A stretch of 64,000 nucleotides of DNA from contig CAVOHZ010000010.1 in assembly GCA_963695855.1 (NCBI GenBank), positions 864,001 to 928,000 on the forward strand, written 5' to 3'. Position numbers and translations under genes: made by a program. The stretch is from an uncultured Nitrososphaerales archaeon (GTDB lineage Archaea > Thermoproteota > Nitrososphaeria > Nitrososphaerales > Nitrososphaeraceae). Within the stretch, counting starts at the first letter, position 1. Each line of letters starts with the position of its first letter. Under the pieces are notes generated by a model. It searched no databases and was not told the origin of the DNA. It saw only the letters and a program-made list of their open reading frames with translations. Positions 20,230-30,182 of this stretch are shown piece by piece.

Positions 20230-20820
20230 GTGAAAAAAATGAACATACAGGAATTTAATCAATTTTTGAAAATTACAAGGGAAGGAAGAGAGAATTCTGA
20301 TATCCAAAAAATCAAGATGTTTATAAATTGGTGCAATAAAAACAACTACGAAGAAATAATTCTAAGACTTAGTTCCGAGAAAGATGCAGGTTTAGGAGAT
20401 AACCGCATAATAGACTTTACTACAAAACGAATTATTATTACCAAAAAAAGTTTTATGAAAAAATTTCTTGATATTGGTTATGTAGCTGGGATGGGTCCAT
20501 TTCCATACATAATATTATCCGAAAAAAAATACACATCAAAAATAAAGGATTCAGCAAAAGTAGACGTCAGAAAAATTATGAACAAATCAGATTCAGAATA
20601 TTCGATAGATTATGATTTAGTAAATGAAGTTATTGTAAGCCAAGGCTCTAGTTCTGTTGTTAGAAATATGTTTGGCTCATTTATAACAAAAAATTACTTG
20701 ACTATAATTGCGGATCAGAGAAGGTATGAGTATATTTTGCCAGCTAAGAAGAATGGTGATTTTTATAGAATGACTCATTGGCTTCAGGTTCTTCCAGTAA
20801 AGGTTTCAGTCGTATATTGA
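20230..20820 (+). CDS. Hypothetical protein between urea channel and ureA (possible PH-like fold)
   Basis: 196-aa ORF co-oriented between ut and ureA; FTTKRIII strand plus a short hydrophobic hairpin. Confidence 0.65.
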   Translation: MKKMNIQEFNQFLKITREGRENSDIQKIKMFINWCNKNNYEEIILRLSSEKDAGLGDNRIIDFTTKRIIITKKSFMKKFLDIGYVAGMGPFPYIILSEKKYTSKIKDSAKVDVRKIMNKSDSEYSIDYDLVNEVIVSQGSSSVVRNMFGSFITKNYLTIIADQRRYEYILPAKKNGDFYRMTHWLQVLPVKVSVVY

Positions 20821-20917
20821 TCTTAGCCGACGTCGGCAAAAATTACTTTTATATAAATTAATTCTTTCAAATTTAAAATATTTCAAATTCACTAGTATCA
20901 TAAGGTGAATTGTAGAT

Positions 20918-21220
20918 ATGATGTTAGTTCCACGTGAAGTGGATAAAATGATGATTTGGACCGCAGCGCAAATTGCTGAAGGCCGTAAAAAAAGGGGAAT
21001 AAAACTCAATCATCCGGAAACTGTTGCATATATAGCGAACTATGTAGTTGAGGGCGCAAGAGAAGGAAAAAGTGTGGCAGAATTAATGAAATCTGCTAGG
21101 GAGGTTCTAACAAGGAATGATGTTATGGAAGGGGTACCAGAACTGATTCATACTGTTCAGGTTGAAGCTACTTTTCCAGATGGTACCAAGTTAGTTACCG
21201 TTCATGATCCAGTTCAATAG
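20918..21220 (+). CDS. ureA: Urease gamma subunit
   Basis: PREVDK, KLNHPE and [17 protein letters not shown]. Confidence 0.97.
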   Translation: MMLVPREVDKMMIWTAAQIAEGRKKRGIKLNHPETVAYIANYVVEGAREGKSVAELMKSAREVLTRNDVMEGVPELIHTVQVEATFPDGTKLVTVHDPVQ

Positions 21221-21290
21221 GAGTGAAAAAAATGGTTAGAAATTTTGAAAAAAATATAATAAAGAAAAGTAAGGAGGCTTTTAAATCGAA

Positions 21291-21665
21291 ATGATTCCAG
21301 GCGAGTATATTTTGTCTTCGGAGCCTGTAATCTGTAATCCAAATTATAAAACTGTCAAGGTTACTGTGAAGAATACTGGTGATAGGGCATGCCAGATAGG
21401 ATCTCATACACACTTTTTTGAAGTAAATAGGGCTCTAGATTTTCCAAGAGAACAAACATATGGATACAGATTAAACATACCTGCTGGCACTTCAATTAGA
21501 TTTGAACCGGGTGATTCACGAGAAGTAGAGTTATGTGAATTGGGTGGAAAACGAATTATATATGGATTTAACGGTCTGACGATGGGGGGTCTCAATTCCT
21601 CTGTGATAAAAGATGCTGCCATGGAAAAAGCGACGAAACTTGGGTACCGTGGGATGAGCAAATAA
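21291..21665 (+). CDS. ureB: Urease beta subunit
   Basis: MIPGEY, NTGDR..QIGSHTHFFEVN and RLNIPAGTSIRFEPG; SD AAGGAGG upstream. Confidence 0.97.
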   Translation: MIPGEYILSSEPVICNPNYKTVKVTVKNTGDRACQIGSHTHFFEVNRALDFPREQTYGYRLNIPAGTSIRFEPGDSREVELCELGGKRIIYGFNGLTMGGLNSSVIKDAAMEKATKLGYRGMSK

Positions 21666-21687
21666 AACTCAAGGAGCATGAATTAAA

Positions 21688-23415
21688 ATGGTTTTGAAAA
21701 TAACTAGAAAACAATATACTGACCTCTTTGGACCGTCAAAAGGTGACAAAATAAGACTTGCAGATACTGACATAATTATTGAAGTTGAAAAGGACTTGAT
21801 CTCCCAAGGAGATGAATGTGTCTTTGGTGGAGGCAAAACGATAAGAGATGGACTGGCGCAAGCATCAGGTATTACCAATGCAAACGGTGCTTTGGACCTT
21901 GTCATAACAAATGCCGTAGTTTTAGATCCTATACTGGGGATTGTAAAGGCAGACATTGGTATCAAGGATGGAAAGATAGCAGGAATAGGAAATTCAGGTA
22001 ACCCATATACTATGGACCATGTTAATACGAACATGATTGTCTCAGCATGTACAGAGGCAACTGCGGGTGAACATACAATTTGTACTCCTGGTCACTGGGA
22101 TACACACGTACACATGATCTCTCCACAACAATACATGGATGCAATTAGCAACGGAATCACTACTATGATAGGGGGTGGAACTGGACCTGCAGATGGAACA
22201 AATGCAACAACATGCACACCAGGGTCCTTCAATATTAGCAGGATGATGGAGAGTGTAGAGGATATCCCAGTAAATTGGGGTTTCTTGGGCAAAGGAAATG
22301 ATTCACATCCATCACTTGCCACACAGATAGAACAAATTGAAGCTGGGGCATGTGGATTAAAAGATCATGAGGACTGGGGAACAACTGCTGCAGTTTTAGA
22401 TGCATCTCTTAAGGCAGTAGACATGACTGATACACAATTAGCTATACATACCGATTCAATAAATGAATGTGGTTACGTTGAAGACACAATTAATGCGATA
22501 GATGGTAGGACACTCCATACATATCATACTGAGGGTGCAGGTGGTGGACATGCTCCAGATATTATGAAAATCGCAGGTGAGCAGTTTGCACTCCCCTCAT
22601 CAACTAATCCAACTAGACCATATACTGTGAATACGGTTGATGAACACCTTGATATGCTGATGTTTTGTCATCACCTCAATCCAGCAGTACCCGAGGATGT
22701 GGCTTTTGCAGAGTCAAGAATCAGAGCAGAAACAATTGCTGCAGAAGATGTATTGCATGATGAGGGAGTGTTGAGCATGTATTCATCTGATAGCCAAGCT
22801 ATGGGCAGAATTGGCGAAGTTGTAATCAGGGCATGGCAAACTGCTGACAAGATGAAGAAAATGAAAGGAAGATTGACAGAAGAAACAGGAGACAATGATA
22901 ATCTTAGAGCTAAAAGGTATATTGCAAAGACTACCATCAATCCTGCTATCACGCATGGTGCAGCTGATATCCTTGGATCTCTAGAAGTAGGAAAATATGC
23001 AGATATCGTTATGTATCAAACACCATTCTTTGCAGCCAAGCCAAAAATGATTTTTAAAGGTGGCTTCATTGCTTGGTCAATCATGGGTGATCCTAATGCG
23101 TCCATCCCAACGCCTGAACCTGTCTATTATAGGCCAATGTTTGGTGCTATGGGTAAGGCGGTAAAAAGGACGTCCTTGACTTTGTCATCAAAGGCAGCCG
23201 TAAACCTTGGAGTGAGAGAAAAACTAGGATTAGAAAAGGTTCTACATCCTGTACACAATTGCAGGAACATTGGCAAAAAAGATATGGTCTGGAACGATAA
23301 AACTCCAGAGATTACGATAGATCCTGAGACATACGAGGTAAAACTGGACGGAAAAATAGCTACAGTTGACCCTGCAAAAGAATTATCCCTAGCACAAAGA
23401 TACTTCATGGCATAA
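21688..23415 (+). CDS. ureC: Urease alpha subunit
   Basis: [36 protein letters not shown] and SSDSQAMGR. Confidence 0.98.
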   Translation: MVLKITRKQYTDLFGPSKGDKIRLADTDIIIEVEKDLISQGDECVFGGGKTIRDGLAQASGITNANGALDLVITNAVVLDPILGIVKADIGIKDGKIAGIGNSGNPYTMDHVNTNMIVSACTEATAGEHTICTPGHWDTHVHMISPQQYMDAISNGITTMIGGGTGPADGTNATTCTPGSFNISRMMESVEDIPVNWGFLGKGNDSHPSLATQIEQIEAGACGLKDHEDWGTTAAVLDASLKAVDMTDTQLAIHTDSINECGYVEDTINAIDGRTLHTYHTEGAGGGHAPDIMKIAGEQFALPSSTNPTRPYTVNTVDEHLDMLMFCHHLNPAVPEDVAFAESRIRAETIAAEDVLHDEGVLSMYSSDSQAMGRIGEVVIRAWQTADKMKKMKGRLTEETGDNDNLRAKRYIAKTTINPAITHGAADILGSLEVGKYADIVMYQTPFFAAKPKMIFKGGFIAWSIMGDPNASIPTPEPVYYRPMFGAMGKAVKRTSLTLSSKAAVNLGVREKLGLEKVLHPVHNCRNIGKKDMVWNDKTPEITIDPETYEVKLDGKIATVDPAKELSLAQRYFMA

Positions 23416-23500
23416 GAGATAAACTATACCGACATCTACTATTTTTTATTTTCATTTTCTTTTTTATCGAGATATATACCTCATAGTAGGATAATATTTT

Positions 23501-25057
23501 ATGTCTAATCCAAATTATGGAGTTTGGAGACCAATTGCAGAAAACGTAGAGTTTAATGCTCTTGAATCTAATTCACAAGCAGTAATGGCTGTTGCAGAAA
23601 CAGTCAGAACAACTTTAGGTCCAAAAGGTCTCGATAAACTCTTGATAGATCAAGCTATGAATCGACACGTTTCAAACGATGGTGTTACCATTTTACTCTC
23701 TTTAAGGGCCATACATCCAGTTGCAAGAATGATAGTCGAAATTGCAGAAAGACAAGAACAGCTAGTCGGTGACGGTACAACTACTGCAGTTGTAATGGCT
23801 TCTGAAATGATAAAAGAAGGGAAGAGACTAGTGAAGGAACTAGGAGTTCATCCAACCAAAGTAGTGGAAGGTATAGATAACGGTGTTAAACAAGCATGTA
23901 AACTTTTAGAAAAACAAGCAAAGAGTATATCATTGAATGATGACGAGCTTGAACAAGTAATAAGAACTTCTCTCAATTCTAAATTAGATGGTGCAAATTT
24001 ATCTACATTGGTTATCAACTCCATTAGAACCATTGGAGAAAATTCTGTCTATAACTCATCATTTGATTTTGGTAAATCAATTAAAGTGATAAGAAAAACA
24101 AACGTGTCTGACACAGTATTCAATGGTGTTGTCTTGGAAAGAAAAAGACTCGATACAGAGATGCCATTAAAAATTGATAAACCTAAGATAATGATAGTAA
24201 AACTAGACTTAAAACCAGTTAAAGAATCATGGTTGAAAGAAAATAATCGTTATGAAGAAATACTGACCATGGAAAATGATAGACTTTCAAAGTCTAAAAA
24301 GATAGTTGATGAAATTGTGTCTACTGGAGCCAACACACTTTTGATAGCCTCTCCAGAAATAGATGAGGTTATAGAAAATCTTTTAGTGTCTAAAAAAATT
24401 TTTGCTGTCAGGATCTCTTCTGATGAAATTGAATTTCTGTCTCGATATCTTGGAACAAGGCCTGTGAGAATGATAGATGATCTACAAGGGGACAGTATCA
24501 TTGGAAATGCTGGCTGCATTCAAGAAAATGAAGATGAGGGATTAATTTACCTTGAAAATGGTTCTGAAAAAAATATTGTTTCCATAATAGTATCAGGAAC
24601 TACTAAAGAGACATCCCTTGAGAGGTGGAGATCAGTAATAGATGGAGTTAATGCTGCTGAAGCCGCCCTTAATAAAGGTGTTGTAGCTGGAGGTGGAGCA
24701 GCAGAATTACATGTTATTGAAAAGTTAAAAGGTTTGAGGATGAAAGGCCTAGAGCAGGTAGGAGTTGAGGTAGTAGCGTCAGCACTTGAAAGCATAATGA
24801 GACAAATTTTAACAAATGCTGGTTTTAATGGTCTAGAAAAAGTTATGGCTGCAAAAGCATCAAAACAAAATATTGGTGTTGATATAGATAGTGGTGATCT
24901 AGTGGATATGTGTGAAAAGGGGATTATCGATCCTTTATTGGTTAAAATAATGGCCCTCGAAGCTGCTGGAGAAATTTCAAAATCTGTCCTTCGGATTGAT
25001 AGAAATCTTGCCGCCGAAGACCTAAGTCAACAGGCCGTTTCTGAAACAAGGAGGTAA
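23501..25057 (+). CDS. Divergent thermosome/TCP-1-like chaperonin inside the urease locus
   Basis: [32 protein letters not shown] and LRID. Confidence 0.92.
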   Translation: MSNPNYGVWRPIAENVEFNALESNSQAVMAVAETVRTTLGPKGLDKLLIDQAMNRHVSNDGVTILLSLRAIHPVARMIVEIAERQEQLVGDGTTTAVVMASEMIKEGKRLVKELGVHPTKVVEGIDNGVKQACKLLEKQAKSISLNDDELEQVIRTSLNSKLDGANLSTLVINSIRTIGENSVYNSSFDFGKSIKVIRKTNVSDTVFNGVVLERKRLDTEMPLKIDKPKIMIVKLDLKPVKESWLKENNRYEEILTMENDRLSKSKKIVDEIVSTGANTLLIASPEIDEVIENLLVSKKIFAVRISSDEIEFLSRYLGTRPVRMIDDLQGDSIIGNAGCIQENEDEGLIYLENGSEKNIVSIIVSGTTKETSLERWRSVIDGVNAAEAALNKGVVAGGGAAELHVIEKLKGLRMKGLEQVGVEVVASALESIMRQILTNAGFNGLEKVMAAKASKQNIGVDIDSGDLVDMCEKGIIDPLLVKIMALEAAGEISKSVLRIDRNLAAEDLSQQAVSETRR

Positions 25058-25066
25058 AAGAGAGAA

Positions 25067-25459
25067 GTGCAAATTCGTCACTGTGTACAAGAAGATAATG
25101 TAAATGAACACATGATAATCAAGGATCCCACAAAAATAAGACACGTAGTTATTTTTGGAGGAAAGATAAAATCAATGTCAGGTTTTATTGATCCTGCTTC
25201 TCATCTTAATATTGATTATCCACTACACAAGGTAACAAAATGTGTTATTGCGAAGAAATTTGAGTTAGGTTCTGATATTCTTTTCTCTGATAACGGGTTT
25301 ATCTTTGCCTTGGTGATGTCTTCACATTTTGATAATTATGGATACCTAGACTATACAAAAAATCTTTCTGAAATGATTGAAAAAGTAAATAATCTTAAGA
25401 CTTCTAAATCAGTTAAAAAAGTATTGGAACAAGAAAATACAAGAGAGCAGGTTGAGTAA
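25067..25459 (+). CDS. Hypothetical His/Cys-containing protein between chaperonin and ureE
   Basis: 130-aa ORF, 9 bp after the chaperonin stop and 8 bp before ureE; GGAGGT upstream. Confidence 0.75.
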   Translation: MQIRHCVQEDNVNEHMIIKDPTKIRHVVIFGGKIKSMSGFIDPASHLNIDYPLHKVTKCVIAKKFELGSDILFSDNGFIFALVMSSHFDNYGYLDYTKNLSEMIEKVNNLKTSKSVKKVLEQENTREQVE

Positions 25460-25467
25460 TAAAAAAA

Positions 25468-25983
25468 ATGATAACTATCAATAATATAATTGGTAATTTA
25501 ACGAAAGACTTTAAATTAAAAGAAAAATATGAATTGATGCTTAGGAAAGGTAACTGTGAAAAAGTAAAAATCAATAGGTTAGAATCCCAAAGGCTCAGAA
25601 TGAGAAAGAATACAGACAAGGGATCTGATGTTATTTTTGTTTTTGACCATAATCCACAACTTCGACATGAGGATGTTGTATTTTCAGATGATGAGAAGAT
25701 GATTATTGTTGAATTGGAACCAGAATACGTCGGTATAATTACATTGAAAAATTATAATAATAACGAAGATATGTTTTCAATGTCGATAAAGATTGGTCAT
25801 ACACTGGGAAATTTACACAGACCAATTCAGGTAACAAAAAATCAAGTATATTTTCCATTACAAGCAGAGACAGAAATTGAAATGCTTACAAAACTCTTTT
25901 CATCATTCAGTCAATTTCTTGATATCAAAACTGATTATATGGTCTTTGAACCAGAAGAAGGACACCATATTCATGAACATTGA
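25468..25983 (+). CDS. ureE: Urease accessory protein UreE
   Basis: RLRMRKNTDKG, IGHTLGNLH and FEPE plus His tail HHIHEH. Confidence 0.92.
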   Translation: MITINNIIGNLTKDFKLKEKYELMLRKGNCEKVKINRLESQRLRMRKNTDKGSDVIFVFDHNPQLRHEDVVFSDDEKMIIVELEPEYVGIITLKNYNNNEDMFSMSIKIGHTLGNLHRPIQVTKNQVYFPLQAETEIEMLTKLFSSFSQFLDIKTDYMVFEPEEGHHIHEH

Positions 25984-26737
25984 TGCCATCGATCTTCAGT
26001 TAGAAGAGATAAGCATTATGCAGTTAGGGGACTCTTTTTTTCCAACGGGGATGTATACGACCTCAAGTGGATTGGAGTCTCTCTATTACAATAGAAAGAT
26101 AAAAGATAAACAAAAAATTTTAGAATTTATTTCCGTATCTCTGAAATATCAAATAGGTCCAGCAGACTGTACAGCACTCTCTAACGCTTATCATTTTGCT
26201 AAAATTTCAGATTTGCAAGGCGTAATAGAGATAGACAAATTACTTTTTTCTATGAAGTTAGTTAAGGAGATACGAGATGCTTCGACAAGGTCCGGAACAC
26301 AATTGTTAAGTTGTGTATCAAGTTTCGTTAATGAAAGTATTACCGACGATGTCGCAACAAATTTAATTCATGATAATATTCTTACTCCTGCCAAACTGGT
26401 TTCATCCTATTATAATGCGATAAAGAATAAAACTGCTCATGGTATTTATCCAGTTGCATTAGCGGTAGCGTCAAATGCATTAAACATAAGAAAAGAAAGG
26501 GCTTGTATGCTTTTATTGTACGGATTTACGGTAAGCATAGTAGGTGCGGCACTTAGATTGGGAATGTTACAACATTTTGAAGGACAGCAAATAATTCATT
26601 CTTTAAAACCAGTGATGATAGAGGTTATAAAAACAAATATTGATAGACCTTTTTCTCATATGTGGCAATTTTCTCCTGGAATCGATATTTTGCAGATTAC
26701 ACATGAGAGGATGGATTCAAAAATGTTTATTACATAA
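25973..26737 (+). CDS. ureF: Urease accessory protein UreF
   Basis: QLGDSFFPTG..SSGLE, AALRL and HERMDSKMFIT; start set to the ATG at 25973 overlapping the ureE end. Confidence 0.92.
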   Translation: MNIDAIDLQLEEISIMQLGDSFFPTGMYTTSSGLESLYYNRKIKDKQKILEFISVSLKYQIGPADCTALSNAYHFAKISDLQGVIEIDKLLFSMKLVKEIRDASTRSGTQLLSCVSSFVNESITDDVATNLIHDNILTPAKLVSSYYNAIKNKTAHGIYPVALAVASNALNIRKERACMLLLYGFTVSIVGAALRLGMLQHFEGQQIIHSLKPVMIEVIKTNIDRPFSHMWQFSPGIDILQITHERMDSKMFIT

Positions 26738-26758
26738 AATATTTATCATTTATTTGTT

Positions 26759-27424
26759 ATGACTGTTAAAAGAATTCCTCGAGTTGGTATCGGTGGACCT
26801 GTTGGATCAGGAAAAACAATGTTAATTGAACAATTTGTTCCTTTATTAAGTCAAAAAGGATATAAGACGGCAATTGTCTCCAACGATGTAGTATCGAAAA
26901 TAGATGCTGATCGGATGCGAAGAAACTTGGCATCCGAACAAGGACTACTACCAGAAAGTCTGGTAATAGGACTTGCTACAGGCGGATGTCCACATACTGC
27001 CATAAGGGAGGATCCTTCTATGAATATTTCTGTGGTTGAAGAAATAGAATCCAAACATAATGAAGATCTTGATTTGATAATCATTGAAAGCGGTGGTGAT
27101 AATATAACAACAACGTTTAGTCCTGCATTGGCTGATTACTTTATCTATATAATAGATGTCTCTAGTGGAGATAAATATCCCAGAAAACGTGGTCTTGGAA
27201 TAGAGAGTTGTGATCTTTTGGTGATTAATAAAATTGATCTTGCTCCACTTATAGGTGCAGATCTTAAAGTAATGGAAAATGATGCTATTATCGTCAGAAA
27301 AAACAAACCATTTCTATTTGTTAATTGTAAAACTGGTCAGGGAGTGAAAGAAGTTTCAGAACATATTATAAAAGATGTTTTGTTTGAGGCACCCCCAAAA
27401 ACTCTTCTAAAGAAAAACAATTAG
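26759..27424 (+). CDS. ureG: Urease accessory GTPase UreG
   Basis: GGPVGSGKT, GGCPHTAIRED, ESGGDN and INKIDLAP. Confidence 0.96.
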   Translation: MTVKRIPRVGIGGPVGSGKTMLIEQFVPLLSQKGYKTAIVSNDVVSKIDADRMRRNLASEQGLLPESLVIGLATGGCPHTAIREDPSMNISVVEEIESKHNEDLDLIIIESGGDNITTTFSPALADYFIYIIDVSSGDKYPRKRGLGIESCDLLVINKIDLAPLIGADLKVMENDAIIVRKNKPFLFVNCKTGQGVKEVSEHIIKDVLFEAPPKTLLKKNN

Positions 27425-27447
27425 ATAATGAAAGAGTTTACATAATT

Positions 27448-28383
27448 ATGATACCTCTTGATCTAGATTATTTCATCCCAAAGGATATTCCCAGAGAGGT
27501 TTTATCTTATGAAGCAGTTTTGACTCAACTAGGGGTAGGTAAAGCGGGAAAGCTTGGAACATTGATTTTGTCCCTTGAAAAGGATCAAAATCTAAATAGA
27601 ACAATAATAAGAGAACAGTACTGTAAAGTTCCTCTTTTTGTTCAACGTGCGCTATACCTTGAAGAAAGTCTGCCATCTATGGCATATATCTATATAATGT
27701 CTCCTTCTGGAGGAATTCTCCAAGGTGACCGGTATAGAATAGATATCAAGATAGGTGATAGTGCATTAGCTCATATGACCACCCAGGGAGCTACAAGACT
27801 TTATAGAATGGATAAAAACTATGCAACTCAGATAGTCAATATAACTTTGGATAGCAACAGTTATTTTGAATTTGTGCCCGACCAGATAATACCCTATAGG
27901 GATTCTAGGTTCTATCAATCTGTAACTTTGAATATTCATGAGGAGGCTACCATGATATATTCTGAAACAATAGTGCCAGGACGTATGGCTATGGGTGAAT
28001 ACTTTAATTATGATATTTGTTATTTAAAAATGATTGGAAAGAACCAAGAGGGCATATTACGATTTATTGATACTGCATTGTTACAACCCAAGAAAAATGA
28101 TCTAAAGATCCTTGGAATTCTTGAAGAATTTAATATGTTATGCAATACGTATATCCTCACACCACCCAGATATGTTGAGAAATTGAATGATAGTATAAAT
28201 GATAAAATATCTCTATTTCCAGAGGTCAGAGGTGGATGCTCTGTGATGCCTGATGAATCAGGAATAGCTATTAGAATCTTGGGAAACACAATAGATAGAT
28301 TAAAAGAGGTTACATATTCTATATTAGGGATGTGTAGACATGAAATCCTAAATGCGAAGTTTAGTGGAATTCGCAAAAACTAA
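27448..28383 (+). CDS. ureD: Urease accessory protein UreD
   Basis: SPSGGILQGD, TTQGATRLY, PDQIIPY and PGRMAMGE. Confidence 0.93.
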   Translation: MIPLDLDYFIPKDIPREVLSYEAVLTQLGVGKAGKLGTLILSLEKDQNLNRTIIREQYCKVPLFVQRALYLEESLPSMAYIYIMSPSGGILQGDRYRIDIKIGDSALAHMTTQGATRLYRMDKNYATQIVNITLDSNSYFEFVPDQIIPYRDSRFYQSVTLNIHEEATMIYSETIVPGRMAMGEYFNYDICYLKMIGKNQEGILRFIDTALLQPKKNDLKILGILEEFNMLCNTYILTPPRYVEKLNDSINDKISLFPEVRGGCSVMPDESGIAIRILGNTIDRLKEVTYSILGMCRHEILNAKFSGIRKN

Positions 28384-28469
28384 CGGTTAAAGAGATCTTT
28401 TTTATATTTCATTTCTTTATTTATTTTTCATTTTGTTAGTCTTTATGATTTTATTTTTATATTATGATC

Positions 28470-28622
28470 CTACTTTCTTGATATCGTCCAAAACTCTATT
28501 ATTTTGACCCTATGGTTATTATTGTTTCTGTGAATCTCTGAATCAACGATGTTGTCAAAAACCTGATCACATTCCTCACACCAAGAGGTACATTTTTTCT
28601 TACTTTTATCTAATGCATTCAT
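28470..28622 (-). CDS. 50-aa C2H2 zinc-finger microprotein (below the ORF-track cutoff)
   Basis: Manual translation MNALDKSKKKCTSWCEECDQVFDNIVDSEIHRNNNNHRVKIIEFWTISRK; pattern C-x2-C-x3-F-x8-H-x5-H. Confidence 0.65.
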   Translation of the reverse strand: MNALDKSKKKCTSWCEECDQVFDNIVDSEIHRNNNNHRVKIIEFWTISRK

Positions 28623-28866
28623 CTCTTATTTAGAACGACAAAATTATTATTAAATGATCTGTTTATACGAGTCTTTCAATTAAACAATCAAATATTAGAT
28701 GAAATTTCAATATATTTTCTAAATTATGCAATTTACTTGATGATAGTACATATTGATATTACTTATTGATATTCTTAGTACATCATTTGCATACTTTGAT
28801 AATGATATCAGGTATCTATTGATTAGTTTTAAATGAAAAAGACAATAATGAATATATTTATGATAG

Positions 28867-29388
28867 ATGAAGAGTCTTCGGAGATTACTCTTTTTGGATA
28901 ATAACTCTATGAAATTTCAAAAGAGCCCTAGTGATTCAAAAGCAGAATCCACTATTATGATGTTGCCATCAGATGCAAATCCTAAGGGAAACGTCTTCGG
29001 AGGATCTATTCTAAAACATGTTGATTTAATTGCTGGTATTGTAGCTAAAAGACATGCCAACCAGTCAAATATTGTTACTGCAAGTATGGATAGAATGACT
29101 TTCATCAAACCCATATTTATTGGAAATGCGCTCATCCTTTCAGCAAGAATTAATTATGTTAAAAGATCTTCTATGGAAATAGAAGTAAATATTTATTCAG
29201 AAGATCTTGATTATAATACTAGAGTTCATGCCGGTAAAGCATTTGTGACTATGGTCGCACTTGATAAATACGGTAAACCCATGGAAGTACCTCAACTCCT
29301 TTTAGAATCCGAAAGCGATAAAACTCGATTCAAAGAAGGAGAGGAAAGAATGGGAGTTAGGCTGAAAGAATCAGGTAAATTTAAATAA
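28867..29388 (+). CDS. Acyl-CoA thioesterase (YciA-like hotdog fold)
   Basis: PSDANPKGNVFGGSILKHVD, VTASMD and TMVALD; true start may be near 28909. Confidence 0.9.
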   Translation: MKSLRRLLFLDNNSMKFQKSPSDSKAESTIMMLPSDANPKGNVFGGSILKHVDLIAGIVAKRHANQSNIVTASMDRMTFIKPIFIGNALILSARINYVKRSSMEIEVNIYSEDLDYNTRVHAGKAFVTMVALDKYGKPMEVPQLLLESESDKTRFKEGEERMGVRLKESGKFK

Positions 29389-29588
29389 ATAGATATATTT
29401 TCAACATTTACAATTCTTGATAAATCCCTACAAAAGGTGTCCATCTCTACTTGGAACATTTTTTTTTGTTTGTTTTATTAGAATTGATCTAAGATTTGTT
29501 TTATGGATAAAACCTATATAAAATTATTTATAAAAATTTTGTGAAATTGTTTATAATAAATGTCGTACATAATCAATTAGTATAAACG

Positions 29589-30140
29589 ATGTACCAAAAA
29601 AATTTATTGTTAATTATGACTACCTTAATTACTTCGATATTTTTGTTCTATGGAGGATTAAATGCGGCTTTCTCAGCATCTGGTGATAATTTTAGTGCAA
29701 ATCTGGATGGGGCACAAGAAGTACCACCGGTAACTACTGAAGGAACAGGTATTGCCTCTTTGCAAATGCAGGATAATACCATAACATATCAGGTAAACGT
29801 CGTGAATACCGATAAAATAACTGGAATTCATATCCATAAAGGAACAAGTGGAGAAAATGAGGACGTACTTGTCAGTTTGTATACCCGAGATACAGATGGT
29901 GGTGATATCCCATCTTTACCTAAGAACATCGAGCCAAAAATTGATGTTGCATCAACTGTTCAAAGATCCAGTCAATTCTCATCAAGTGGGAACTTCCATG
30001 ATTACGATCTGCAAGGCTCTCTAGAAGGAAAAACGTTAGAAGATCTAGTTTCTCTGATACAAAGTGGACAAACATATCTAAATGTACATACAACAAGTTA
30101 TCCTGATGGTGAGATTAGAGGACAGATATCGAGCAAGTAG
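29589..30140 (+). CDS. Secreted CHRD-domain protein
   Basis: LDGAQEVPPV, IHIHKG and YLNVHT..YPDGEIRGQI. Confidence 0.9.
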   Translation: MYQKNLLLIMTTLITSIFLFYGGLNAAFSASGDNFSANLDGAQEVPPVTTEGTGIASLQMQDNTITYQVNVVNTDKITGIHIHKGTSGENEDVLVSLYTRDTDGGDIPSLPKNIEPKIDVASTVQRSSQFSSSGNFHDYDLQGSLEGKTLEDLVSLIQSGQTYLNVHTTSYPDGEIRGQISSK

Positions 30141-30182
30141 ATCGAAATTAAATATATCTCCCAAAGTATTCTGTATAATATC

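Noticed and set aside
21688-23415. Higher GC of ureC/ut as evidence of recent horizontal transfer
   Set aside because: Gly/Ala-rich conserved proteins explain it; no mobility signatures flank the genes
19439-24795. Many antisense and alternate-frame ORFs over ut, ureABC and the chaperonin
   Set aside because: Shadow ORFs of well-supported genes with no recognisable motifs
25877-25972. Longer UreF N-terminus from the ORF track (likewise 4088-4135 for GH38)
   Set aside because: Overlaps the upstream gene; downstream ATGs give typical coupled starts
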